Below, piece by piece: positions 55,842-64,000 of a stretch of 64,000 bases of DNA; positions within the stretch are counted from its first letter, which is position 1; each line of letters starts with the position of its first letter. Origin of the DNA: Planctomycetota bacterium (lineage in GTDB: Bacteria > Planctomycetota > J058 > JAJDCQ01). A program made the position numbers and the translations under genes. The stretch is from contig JAJDCQ010000035.1 of NCBI GenBank assembly GCA_029260755.1, forward strand, positions 4,603-68,602, written 5' to 3'. The notes under the pieces were generated by a model. That model saw nothing but the letters and a program-made list of their open reading frames with translations. It was not told the origin of the DNA and ran no database searches.

Positions 55842-56088
55842 TGCGGCGTCGGCCGACTGCGCCGGGTGCGGCGGCTGCCCTCCCGTCGACGGAGGCGGCC
55901 CCGCCGGCGCCCGGCTGGTCGCTTCGACGGTCCTCGGTCTGGTCCTGCCGACCGGGCTCCTCGTCGTCGCGATCGCCGCGATCGACCGGGCCGCCTGGCT
56001 CGTGGCGGTCGCGGCCGGCGCCGTCGCCCTCGGCCTCGGGCGGGGTATCGGCCGGGGTGGCCGACGCTCTGCGGAGGCGCCGACGTGA
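55828..56088 (+). CDS. small RseC/MucC-like membrane protein
   Basis: CAGCGGC followed by LVLP and two TM segments, directly before rnfC. Confidence 0.5.
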   Translation: MPARDAASADCAGCGGCPPVDGGGPAGARLVASTVLGLVLPTGLLVVAIAAIDRAAWLVAVAAGAVALGLGRGIGRGGRRSAEAPT

Positions 56089-57497
56089 TCGCCGCGCTCG
56101 CCGCTCTCCTCGGTCTCGGCGGCCGCCCCGCCACCCGGCGGGGCGTCCACCCGCGCGGTCACAAGGCGGAGCTCCTCGAGCTCGCCATCGAGGACGCGCC
56201 GGCGTGCCAGGAGGTCATCCTTCCGCTCCAGCAGCACGCCGGGCGCCCCGCGGTCCTCACGGCGAAGCCCAGGAGCGAGCTCGAGGTGGGCGACCTCGTC
56301 GCCGAGGCCGAGGCAGCGATCAGCGCCCGGGTCCACACGCCGATCGCGGGTCGGGTGGTCGGTCCGGTCGCGGTCACCCTCTCGAACGGGCGGCGCGTGA
56401 CGGCCGTGCCGGTCCGCGCTCGCGAGCCGGGCGAGCCGCTCCGATTCTCCGAGTGGCGGTCGGGCGACTGGACGGTGCCCGGGACGAACCTGCTCGGCCC
56501 GCAGGCGGTGGTCGCGGCCGTCCAGGCGGCCGGCGTCGTCGGGCTCGGCGGCGCGGCCTTCCCGACCCACCTCAAGCTCGCGCCCGGCGGGGCTCGACCG
56601 ATCGACACCCTCCTCGTGAACGGCTGTGAGTGCGAGCCGTTCCTCGTCTCGGATGCGCGGCTGCTGGTCGAGGCGGCCCCCGTCGTCCTGGCCGGCGTCG
56701 AGCTCGCCGCGCGCGCGTGCGGGGCGTCGCGGGTGCTGATCGCCGTCGAGGACGACAAGCCGGCCGCGATCGCCGCGCTGCGGGCCGCGGCGAAGCCGCC
56801 GGTCGAGGTGGTCGTCGTCCGGACCCGGTACCCGATGGGCGCCGAGCGCGTCCTGATTCCCGCCGTCCTCGGGCGCGAGGTGCCGACGACGGGGTACCCG
56901 ACCGACGTCGGCGTCGTGGTCGTGAACGTCGGAACGGCCGCATCGATCGCGCAGGCGGCCCTTCGCGAGCGTCCGCTCACCCATCGCCTCGTGACGGTCG
57001 CGGGCCCGGGCGTGGTGCGGCCGGCCGTCCTCTTCACGCCGCTCGGCGTCTCGCTCGGATCGCTCATCGAGGCCTGCGGCGGCGTCACGGCGTCGGCGCG
57101 GCGCGTGATCGCCGGCGGCCCGATGATGGGGTTCACCGTCACCGACCTCTCCGCCCCGCTGACCAAGGGGACGAGCGGCCTGGTCGTGCTCGACGACTCG
57201 AGCCTGGCGAGCGCCGCCGAGGGGCCGTGCATCCGGTGCGGCGCGTGCCTCGACGTGTGTCCGCTCCACCTCGCCCCGACCCGAATCGCCCTCGCCGCGC
57301 GCACCGGACGGCTCGATCTCTTCGACCGCCACCACGGCCTTGCCTGCTGCGAGTGCGGCTGCTGCGCGTTCGTCTGTCCGGCGGCGATCCCGCTCGTCCA
57401 GCTCATCCGCGCGGGGAAGGCGACCGCGCGCCGGACGCGCCGGCGGGCGATCGAGGCGGCGGCCGTCGCCGCCATCTTCGAGCACGGGGGCGCCTGA
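56085..57497 (+). CDS. rnfC: Rnf complex subunit C
   Basis: PLQQHAG, GLGGAAFPTH, NGCECEP, CIRCGACLDVCP, CCECGCCAFVCP. Confidence 0.93.
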   Translation: MIAALAALLGLGGRPATRRGVHPRGHKAELLELAIEDAPACQEVILPLQQHAGRPAVLTAKPRSELEVGDLVAEAEAAISARVHTPIAGRVVGPVAVTLSNGRRVTAVPVRAREPGEPLRFSEWRSGDWTVPGTNLLGPQAVVAAVQAAGVVGLGGAAFPTHLKLAPGGARPIDTLLVNGCECEPFLVSDARLLVEAAPVVLAGVELAARACGASRVLIAVEDDKPAAIAALRAAAKPPVEVVVVRTRYPMGAERVLIPAVLGREVPTTGYPTDVGVVVVNVGTAASIAQAALRERPLTHRLVTVAGPGVVRPAVLFTPLGVSLGSLIEACGGVTASARRVIAGGPMMGFTVTDLSAPLTKGTSGLVVLDDSSLASAAEGPCIRCGACLDVCPLHLAPTRIALAARTGRLDLFDRHHGLACCECGCCAFVCPAAIPLVQLIRAGKATARRTRRRAIEAAAVAAIFEHGGA

Positions 57498-57498
57498 G

Positions 57499-58566
57499 AT
57501 GTCGGGGACCCCGAAGGAGCCCGCGCCGGAGGGCAGCGCCCCGATCCTGCCGGAGCCCTCGGCCCTCGACGCCGCGACCTCGCCGCACCTCGCCGTCGGC
57601 ACGGCGGGCATCGGAACGGCGATGCGCGACGTCCTCGTCGGGCTCGCCCCCGCGGCGGTGATGGCGGTCGTCCTCTTCGGCGGACGCGCCGCCGTGCATC
57701 TGGCGGTCGCCGTCGCCGCCGCGGTCGCCACCGAGGCGCTCGCCTGTCGTCTGCGGCGGCGGCCGACGACGGTGGGCGACGGCAGCGCGGCGCTCACCGG
57801 GCTGCTCCTCGCCCTCTCGCTCCCCGTGAGCCTGTCGCCGGGCGCGACGGCGCTCGGGGCGGTCGTGGCGGTCGGCCTCGGGAAGGCGGTGTTCGGGGGG
57901 CTCGGGCAGAACCCGTTCAACCCCGCGATGGTCGGGCGGGCGTTCCTCGCGGCGTGCTTTCCCGTCGCGATGACGACCTGGGTCGAGCCCGCGGGCCTCG
58001 ACGGCTGGAGCGGGGCGACGCCGCTCGTCGCGGGCGACGGAGGGCCGGTCGCGACGGCGTGGCAGCTCCTCGGAGGTCGGGTGCCGGGCAGCCTCGGCGA
58101 GACCTCGGGGATCGCGCTGGTCGCGGGCGGGGCGTTCGTGCTCTTCCGCCGCGCCGGGGACTGGCGACCGACGGCCGGGATGCTCGGAGCGATCGCCGGG
58201 ATCGCCGCCCTCGAGGCGTTCATCCGCGGCTCCGCGGCCCGGGGCGTGGTCGCCCATCTCGGGTCGGGCGGGGCGCTCCTCGGCGCCTTCTTCATCGTGA
58301 CCGACCCCGTCACCAGCCCGCTCGCGCGGTCGGGTCGCTGGGTCTTCGGCGCGCTCGTCGGCGGCATCGTGATGGCGATCCGGCTCGGCGGGAGCTACCC
58401 CGAGGGGGTCATGTACGCGGTGCTGCTCGCCAACGCGGTCGTGCCGCTCATCGATCGGCTGACCGCGCCGCGTCCGCTCGGAGGGCCGATGGCGCCGCCG
58501 AGCATCGTCCCGGCGGCCGCGCTCGCTGTCGCGCCGCCCGGGCCGCCCGCGGAGACGGCTCCGTGA
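57499..58566 (+). CDS. rnfD: Rnf complex subunit D
   Basis: SPHL, FGGLGQNPFNPAMVG, FMN site SGATPL, GSLGETS, TDPVTSP. Confidence 0.93.
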   Translation: MSGTPKEPAPEGSAPILPEPSALDAATSPHLAVGTAGIGTAMRDVLVGLAPAAVMAVVLFGGRAAVHLAVAVAAAVATEALACRLRRRPTTVGDGSAALTGLLLALSLPVSLSPGATALGAVVAVGLGKAVFGGLGQNPFNPAMVGRAFLAACFPVAMTTWVEPAGLDGWSGATPLVAGDGGPVATAWQLLGGRVPGSLGETSGIALVAGGAFVLFRRAGDWRPTAGMLGAIAGIAALEAFIRGSAARGVVAHLGSGGALLGAFFIVTDPVTSPLARSGRWVFGALVGGIVMAIRLGGSYPEGVMYAVLLANAVVPLIDRLTAPRPLGGPMAPPSIVPAAALAVAPPGPPAETAP

Positions 58567-59153
58567 CCGCCCCGCCCGAGGTCGCTCGCGGATCCCGGCT
58601 CGGCGGGGCGGGCCTCGTCGTGCTCCTCGCGCTCGTCCTCGGCGGCGTCCTCGGGGCCGCCGACGCGCTCTTCGCGCCGCGCATCGAGGAGCAACGCCGC
58701 GCGCGGCTCCGGCGCGTCGCCCTCGACGTCGTCCCCGGCGGGGGGGCGCTCGAGGAGGTGACCGTCGGGGGGGCCGTCGTGCTCCGGATCACCGCCGGTC
58801 CGCAGCCCGGCGAGGGCGCGCTCGTCGGCTGGGCCGTTCCGGGCGAGGCGCCCGGGTTCGCCGACGTCGTCCGGATCCTCGTCGGCCTCGACCCCGAGGC
58901 GCGGACGATCACCGGCCTCGCCGTCCTCGACGCCCGCGAGACGCCGGGGCTCGGCGACCGGATCCGCGAGGCGGAGTTCTGCGACCGCTTCGCCGAGCAC
59001 CCGATCGCCGGCCCGATCGAGATCGACGCGATCAGCGGCGCGACCGTCTCGAGCGAGGCGGTGCAGAGCGCGGTCGAGGCGGACGTCGCGCGGGTCGCGG
59101 CGGCGATCCGTCGGCTCGAGCCCGGCAGCGCCAGCGGGGAGGCGCCGCGATGA
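58563..59153 (+). CDS. rnfG: Rnf complex subunit G
   Basis: N-terminal TM, ETPGLG, FMN site DAISGATVSS. Confidence 0.9.
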   Translation: MTAPPEVARGSRLGGAGLVVLLALVLGGVLGAADALFAPRIEEQRRARLRRVALDVVPGGGALEEVTVGGAVVLRITAGPQPGEGALVGWAVPGEAPGFADVVRILVGLDPEARTITGLAVLDARETPGLGDRIREAEFCDRFAEHPIAGPIEIDAISGATVSSEAVQSAVEADVARVAAAIRRLEPGSASGEAPR

Positions 59154-59890
59154 CCGACGAGGCCCGGCCGATCGATGCGGCCGACGAGGTTGCCGGCGAC
59201 GCGGCGCTCGCCGCCGCCGATCCGAACGAGGACGGGGAGCCCGGCGCCGTCGATCGGCTCTACCGCGGCCTTCTGCCCGAGAACCCCGTCCACCGCCAGC
59301 TCCTCGGGATGTGCCCGACCCTCGCCGTCACCGCGACGGTCGCGAGCGCGCTGACCCTGGGGCTCGCCACGGTGGCCGTCCTCGTCGCGTCCAGCCTCGC
59401 CGTCTCGCTCCTCCGGCGGTGGATCGCCGACCACGTCCGGATCCTCGTCTACACCGTCGTGATCGCGAGCCTCGTGACGCTCGTCGACCGCGGGATCGCG
59501 GCGACGCTCCCCGATCTCCACCGCGCCCTCGGTCCCTACGTTCCGTTGATCATCGTCAACTGCGTGATCATCGGGCGGGCGGAGGCGTGCGCCCGGCGGT
59601 CGACGCCGGTCGTCGCCCTCGCCGACGCGCTCGGGCAGGGCGGCGGGTTCCTCCTCGGCCTCGCGTCGCTCGCGATCGTCCGCGAGCTCCTCGCGACCCG
59701 GAGCGTTCTCGGCTGGCGCGTGCTCCCGGATGCGTTCGAGCCGTGGGTCATCATGGCGCTGCCTCCGGGCGCCTTCTTCACCCTCGGGCTCCTGATCGCG
59801 GCCGGGAACGCGTGGCGTGACCGGGGAGAGCCGGAGTCCGCGACCGGGACTCGGGAAGGCGCCCCTGTCTCCGGGAAGATCGAGGTGTAG
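59150..59890 (+). CDS. rnfE: Rnf complex subunit E
   Basis: ENPV..LLGMCPTLAVT, PLIIVNCVIIGRAE, LPPGAF. Confidence 0.93.
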   Translation: MTDEARPIDAADEVAGDAALAAADPNEDGEPGAVDRLYRGLLPENPVHRQLLGMCPTLAVTATVASALTLGLATVAVLVASSLAVSLLRRWIADHVRILVYTVVIASLVTLVDRGIAATLPDLHRALGPYVPLIIVNCVIIGRAEACARRSTPVVALADALGQGGGFLLGLASLAIVRELLATRSVLGWRVLPDAFEPWVIMALPPGAFFTLGLLIAAGNAWRDRGEPESATGTREGAPVSGKIEV

Positions 59891-59981
59891 CGGGTGCGCG
59901 CGATGGCCCGACGAGCGCGGACGAATTCGCAGTCAGGGCCGACCCCCTCCCCGGGAGGGGTGCTGCCGTCGGGGGTTCCGC

Positions 59982-59996
59982 CGGCACACGGTTTGT
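59982..59996 (+). promoter_or_regulatory. putative sigma54-like promoter for the internal usp-rnfAB unit
   Basis: CGGCACACGGTTTGT (GGCAC, GG-N10-GT variant); hairpin CCCCTCC/GGAGGGG just upstream. Confidence 0.45.
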
Positions 59997-60023
59997 TCGG
60001 TCGTCGGGCGGAGGGCTCCTTCG

Positions 60024-60959
60024 ATGATGCCTGATCTGAGAGAGATTCTCGTACCGGTCGACCAGTCCGCCGGCTCGGCCGGCGCGCTTCGGGTCGCCGG
60101 GGCGCTCGCCGTGCGCGTCGGAGGACGCGTCCGCGCGCTCCGCGTCCTCGAGCCGAACCCGTTCGTCCCGGCGGCGGAGCGCGCCGCGGTCGACGCCGAG
60201 GTGCGCGCGTTCGTCCGCCGCTCGGCGGGAGAGCGGGACGTGACCGTCGAGACCCGCATCGGCTACCCCGCCGACGAGATCGTCGCGGCGGCCGAGGAGC
60301 TCGGGAGCGGGCTCATCGTGATCGGGACCCACGGCCGCTCCGGCTTGAAGCGGCTCATCCTCGGGAGCGTCGCCGAGGACGTCCTCCGGCGCGCGCCGTG
60401 TCCCGTCCTCACCGTCCGGGAGGCGCCCGAGGTCACCGGCGAGGGCGCCGACGCCCGGAGCGTCGCGCTGCCGCTCCGTCGGATCATCGTCGCGACCGAC
60501 TTCACGAGCCACGCCCGCGACGGCGAGCGCGTCGCCGCCGACCTCGCCGCGACCGTCGGGGCCGAGCTCTACGTCGTGACCGTCGTCGAGCCCGACGGCG
60601 GCGACGACCTCGGCGCGGATCCTGATCGGATCGCCGAGCGCTTCTTCCGGGCGAAGCGCCTCGCGGGCACGACGGCGCGGAGGCTCGCCGGCGGCGACGG
60701 GACGCGCGCCGGACCCGCGTGCGTCACCGACTACGCCCTCACCGGGTCGCCGGCGACGAAGATCCTCGAGCTCGCCGACGAGCTGGACGCAGACCTGATC
60801 GTGATGGCGACCCACGGGCGGCGCGCGATCGCGCGTCTGGTCCTCGGCAGCACGACCGAGGAGGTCATCCGCGCGGCGCCGGTGCCCGTCCTCGCGGTCC
60901 GGTCGCGGGTGCGACGGTCGCACGAGAGCGAGCGGGCCGGGACGGCCGACGCGCGATGA
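60024..60959 (+). CDS. tandem-domain universal stress protein
   Basis: ILVPVD...GTHGRSG..ILGSVAE; IIVATDF...MATHGRR..VLGSTTE. Confidence 0.92.
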   Translation: MMPDLREILVPVDQSAGSAGALRVAGALAVRVGGRVRALRVLEPNPFVPAAERAAVDAEVRAFVRRSAGERDVTVETRIGYPADEIVAAAEELGSGLIVIGTHGRSGLKRLILGSVAEDVLRRAPCPVLTVREAPEVTGEGADARSVALPLRRIIVATDFTSHARDGERVAADLAATVGAELYVVTVVEPDGGDDLGADPDRIAERFFRAKRLAGTTARRLAGGDGTRAGPACVTDYALTGSPATKILELADELDADLIVMATHGRRAIARLVLGSTTEEVIRAAPVPVLAVRSRVRRSHESERAGTADAR

Positions 60960-61549
60960 CCGAGATCGCCGAGCTCGTCTCCATCGCGTTCGCTGCGGCC
61001 ATCGTGAGCAACCCGGTCCTCACCTGGTTCCTCGGAATCTGCCCGTTCCTCGGCGTCAGCCGGCGCCTCGACACGGCGTTCGGCATGGGCGCGGCGGTTA
61101 CCTTCGTCGTGACGGTCGCGGCCACCCTGACCTTCCTCGTGCAGCGATGGGTCCTCGCTCCGGCCGGGCTCGAGGTCCTCCAGTACGTCGCGTTCATCCT
61201 CGTGATCGCCGCGACCGTCCAGCTCGTCGAGCTGTGGATCCGTCGGTTCCAGCCCGACCTCCACGAGGCGTTCGGGGCGTTTCTGCCCCTCATCACGAGC
61301 AACTGCATGATCCTGGGGACGTGTCTCCTGATCTGGCTCCGCGGCCACGACACCCTCCCGCGGGCGGTCGTCTACGCGGCCGCGAGCGGGGTCGGCTTCA
61401 CCCTCGCCCTCGTCCTGATGGCGGGGCTGCGCGAGGAGCTGGAGGAGGCGGACGTCCCCGGCCCGTTCCAGGGGGCGCCGATCACCCTCATCGTCGCGGG
61501 GATCCTCGCGCTGGCGTTCATGGGCTTCGCCGGGATGGGGCGGGCCTGA
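60956..61549 (+). CDS. rnfA: Rnf complex subunit A
   Basis: FLGICPFLGVS, FLPLITSNC, AFMGFAG. Confidence 0.93.
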   Translation: MTEIAELVSIAFAAAIVSNPVLTWFLGICPFLGVSRRLDTAFGMGAAVTFVVTVAATLTFLVQRWVLAPAGLEVLQYVAFILVIAATVQLVELWIRRFQPDLHEAFGAFLPLITSNCMILGTCLLIWLRGHDTLPRAVVYAAASGVGFTLALVLMAGLREELEEADVPGPFQGAPITLIVAGILALAFMGFAGMGRA

Positions 61550-61550
61550 G

Positions 61551-62480
61551 GTGCTCGCCCAGGCCGCGATCGCCGCCGCCGTCCTGCTCGTCCTCGCGGG
61601 ATCTCTCGGTCTGCTCCTCACGATCGCGAGCCGGCGGCTCGCCGTCGCCGTCGATCCGCTCGAGGGAGCGCTGATGGCGCTCCTGCCGGGCGCGAACTGC
61701 GGCGGGTGCGGTTTCCCCGGATGTCGCGCCTACGCCCGCGCCCTGGCCGGGCACGAGGTCCCGCCGGATCGATGCACGGTCGGCGGCCCGGCGGTCGGCC
61801 GTCGCCTCGCCGCGCGCCTCGGCACGGGCGCGGTCACGCCCGCCTGGCCGCGGCGCCCGGTGGTCCACTGCGGAGCGGTCACCGCGCAGCGCCGGGGGCG
61901 CGGTCGTTACCTCGGACCGGCCACCTGCGCGGAGATGGACGCCGTCGCGGGCGTGCAGGGCTGCTCGTGGGGCTGCCTCGGCGAGGGGGATTGCGTCGCC
62001 GCGTGCGCCTACGGCGCGATGCGGCTCGAGGAGGGGTTGCCCCGGATCGACTACGACCGCTGCGTCGGGTGCGGCGCGTGCGTGCAGGCTTGCCCGCGGG
62101 AGGTGATCGAGTCGATCCCCTGGAAGCGCGATCGGATGCTCGTCGTCGCGTGCCGCAACCACGACCCCGGCCGGAGCGTGCGCGATGTCTGCGACGTCGG
62201 CTGCCTCGGCTGCGGCCGGTGCTCGCGGGCGTTGCCCGAGCTGTTCCGGATCGAGGGAGACCTCGCCGTCATCGACTACGACCGCTACGAGGCCGAGGAC
62301 GACATCGAGGAGGCCGCCGCGCTCGATCGGATCCGCGAGCAGTGCCCGATGAAGAGCCTCGTCCTGCTCGGTCCTCCGCCGGCGAGCGTGGCCGAGCCCG
62401 ACGACGGCGAGCCCCACGAGGCGGCGGTCGTGCGCGCGCCGCCGCGACCGGACGTCGACGACCTCGACTGGCGAGGCTAG
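61551..62480 (+). CDS. rnfB: Rnf complex subunit B
   Basis: LPGANCGGCGFPGC, CLGEGDCVAAC, CVGCGACVQACP. Confidence 0.92.
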   Translation: MLAQAAIAAAVLLVLAGSLGLLLTIASRRLAVAVDPLEGALMALLPGANCGGCGFPGCRAYARALAGHEVPPDRCTVGGPAVGRRLAARLGTGAVTPAWPRRPVVHCGAVTAQRRGRGRYLGPATCAEMDAVAGVQGCSWGCLGEGDCVAACAYGAMRLEEGLPRIDYDRCVGCGACVQACPREVIESIPWKRDRMLVVACRNHDPGRSVRDVCDVGCLGCGRCSRALPELFRIEGDLAVIDYDRYEAEDDIEEAAALDRIREQCPMKSLVLLGPPPASVAEPDDGEPHEAAVVRAPPRPDVDDLDWRG

Positions 62481-62503
62481 CTCATGCTAGCTCATGCTAG
62501 CTC
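62476..62503. repeat. 10-bp tandem repeat (GCTAGCTCAT) x2.8 between convergent genes
   Basis: direct inspection. Confidence 0.8.
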
Positions 62504-62505
62504 GC

Positions 62506-63165
62506 TCAGGCGGCGTCCCAGGCGTCGGCGCCGATCAACGGGACGAACGTGAAGGGCCCGAGGTCGTCCTCGCGGATCGCATCGCCGCGGCGGGTGACCC
62601 GGAGGAGGCGCTGGCCGTCTTTCCCGCCGATCGGGATCACACAGCGACCGCCATCGGCGAGCTGCTCGGCGAGGGCCATCGGGAAGCGGGGCGCGCCGGC
62701 CGTGACGACGATGGCGTCGTAGGGCGCCCGTTCGATCAAGCCGACGCTCCCGTCTCCGACGCGGACCTCCACGTTCTCGATGCCGAGGCGGGCGAGCCGC
62801 AGCGCGGCGCTTCGGGCGAGCATCTCGATCCGCTCGATCGAGATGACCTCGCGGGCGAGGCGGGCGAGGACGGCCGCCCCGTAGCCCGTGCCGGTGCCGA
62901 TCTCGAGGACTCGCTCTCCACCGGTGAGGCTCGCCGCCTGGGCCATGACCGCGACCGTGTAGGGCTGCGAGATCGTCTGGCCGTGGCCGACCGGCAGGGG
63001 ACGATCGGCGTAGGCCCGGTCGAGGAGGCCCTCGGGCACGAACTCCTCGCGCGGGACGGCCACCATCGCGGCGAGGACGCCCGGGTCGTCGATGCCGCGC
63101 GCGGCGAGGTGCAGCTCGAGCATCCGGCGTCGGTCGATCTCGACCTGTCGGGGCGTCGACCTCAT
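62506..63165 (-). CDS. pcm: protein-L-isoaspartate O-methyltransferase
   Basis: VPREEFV, GQTISQPY, VLEIGTGTGY, APYDAIVVTA, FVPLIG. Confidence 0.94.
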   Translation of the reverse strand: MRSTPRQVEIDRRRMLELHLAARGIDDPGVLAAMVAVPREEFVPEGLLDRAYADRPLPVGHGQTISQPYTVAVMAQAASLTGGERVLEIGTGTGYGAAVLARLAREVISIERIEMLARSAALRLARLGIENVEVRVGDGSVGLIERAPYDAIVVTAGAPRFPMALAEQLADGGRCVIPIGGKDGQRLLRVTRRGDAIREDDLGPFTFVPLIGADAWDAA

Positions 63166-63222
63166 CGCGTGCCTCCGTGCCGGTCGAGATCAGCAAGAAC
63201 GAGGCCGACTCGGCGATTCGGG

Positions 63223-63238
63223 TTGGTTCGCGGCTTGC
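63223..63238 (+). promoter_or_regulatory. putative sigma54 promoter for the small ORF and ppsA
   Basis: TTGGTTCGCGGCTTGC (TGG-N8-TTGC). Confidence 0.5.
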
Positions 63239-63293
63239 GCAGGGTTTGGGGGGAGGCCGGCGGAATCGGTCGTCCCCGACGAGGAGCGATGCC

Positions 63294-63446
63294 ATGAGCA
63301 CCATCACCGAATCCCCGCGGACCGGGGTCGACTCCGAGCCGGCGCGGACCTCGCCGATGCTCCACGTCTCGGCCGCCTTCGTCGCGATCCTCTTCTTCCT
63401 GGTGGGTTGCGCGCTCGCCCTGATCGTGTGGCGGACCATCCCGTAG
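63294..63446 (+). CDS. small single-TM membrane protein (50 aa)
   Basis: GAGGAG RBS; hydrophobic C-terminal helix. Confidence 0.5.
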   Translation: MSTITESPRTGVDSEPARTSPMLHVSAAFVAILFFLVGCALALIVWRTIP

Positions 63447-63482
63447 ACCGAACGACCGGCTCCGGCCGAGGAGACGAGAGAG

Positions 63483-64000
63483 TTGACGAACGAGCTCGCG
63501 GTGACCCGGCGTGACCAGATCGTCTGGCTCGACCAGATCGGACTGTCGGATCTGCCGCTGGTGGGTGGGAAGAATGCGGCGCTGGGCGAGATGGTTCGCG
63601 CTCTCGGACCGCTTGGCGTCCACGTGCCGGCCGGGTTCGCCGTCACGACGGAGGCCTACCGCGCGTTTCTCGGCACCGATGGGCTGGAGGATGCGATCCG
63701 AGTCGAGCTCGACCGGTTGGGGTCGACCCCGGTGGCCGACGTGGCCGTGGCGATCCGCCGCCGGATGCTCAAGACGCCGCTTCCCGTCGGGCTGCGGGAG
63801 GAGCTGCGCGCGGCCTACGTCCGCCTCTCCGAGGACGCCGGCAGCTACCCGACCGACGTCGCCGTCCGGAGCAGCGCGACGGCCGAGGACCTGCCCGACG
63901 CGAGCTTCGCCGGGCAGCTCGAGAGCTTCCTGCACGTGCGCGGCGAGGACCCGCTCGCCGACGCGGTCCTCTGCTGCTGGTCGTCGCTCTTCACCGACCG
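63483..64000 (+). CDS. ppsA: phosphoenolpyruvate synthase, N-terminal part (runs off the window)
   Basis: TTG start; VGGKNAALGEM, VPAGFAVT, VAVRSSATAEDLPDASFAGQ. Confidence 0.9.
   Translation, partial: MTNELAVTRRDQIVWLDQIGLSDLPLVGGKNAALGEMVRALGPLGVHVPAGFAVTTEAYRAFLGTDGLEDAIRVELDRLGSTPVADVAVAIRRRMLKTPLPVGLREELRAAYVRLSEDAGSYPTDVAVRSSATAEDLPDASFAGQLESFLHVRGEDPLADAVLCCWSSLFTD

Noticed and set aside
63166-63185. Sigma54 promoter for pcm (CGGCACGG on the minus strand)
   Set aside because: No GC at the required 10-nt spacing, and the segment doubles as the GGAGG RBS

Overview
Very GC-rich bacterial DNA. Six Hanks-type Ser/Thr kinases, an ECF/anti-sigma pair and secreted VWA and metallophosphoesterase proteins suggest a Planctomycetota-like organism (inference). 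The left part (1-37.3 kb) holds a PEGA-S41 protease, an MTD1-like methylene-THF dehydrogenase, a TIGR01777 epimerase with a large membrane insertion, a THUMP RNA methyltransferase, the kinases (one fused to a DnaA-domain-IV-like HTH), two AT-rich palindromic elements, a NADAR protein and four atypical CCA-less tRNA genes (Ala-GGC, Pro-TGG, Arg-GCG, short-arm Leu-GAG). The tRNAs form two pairs, each preceded by the identical motif GTGACAGCG-N14-CGGTC, and a 20-codon mini-ORF ends inside tRNA-Pro. The right part (37.3-64 kb) is a hypoxia/fermentation island: a group 3b [NiFe]-hydrogenase with a cNMP-binding gene, an APH/AAA kinase, USPs, PFOR (nifJ), a DHOD-like protein and a maturation protease, opposite hypFCDEAB-rseC-like-rnfCDGE-usp-rnfAB, then pcm and a partial ppsA. 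Five sigma54-type GG-N10-GC motifs sit ahead of its transcription units. All calls come from motif recognition by eye; no database search was run.
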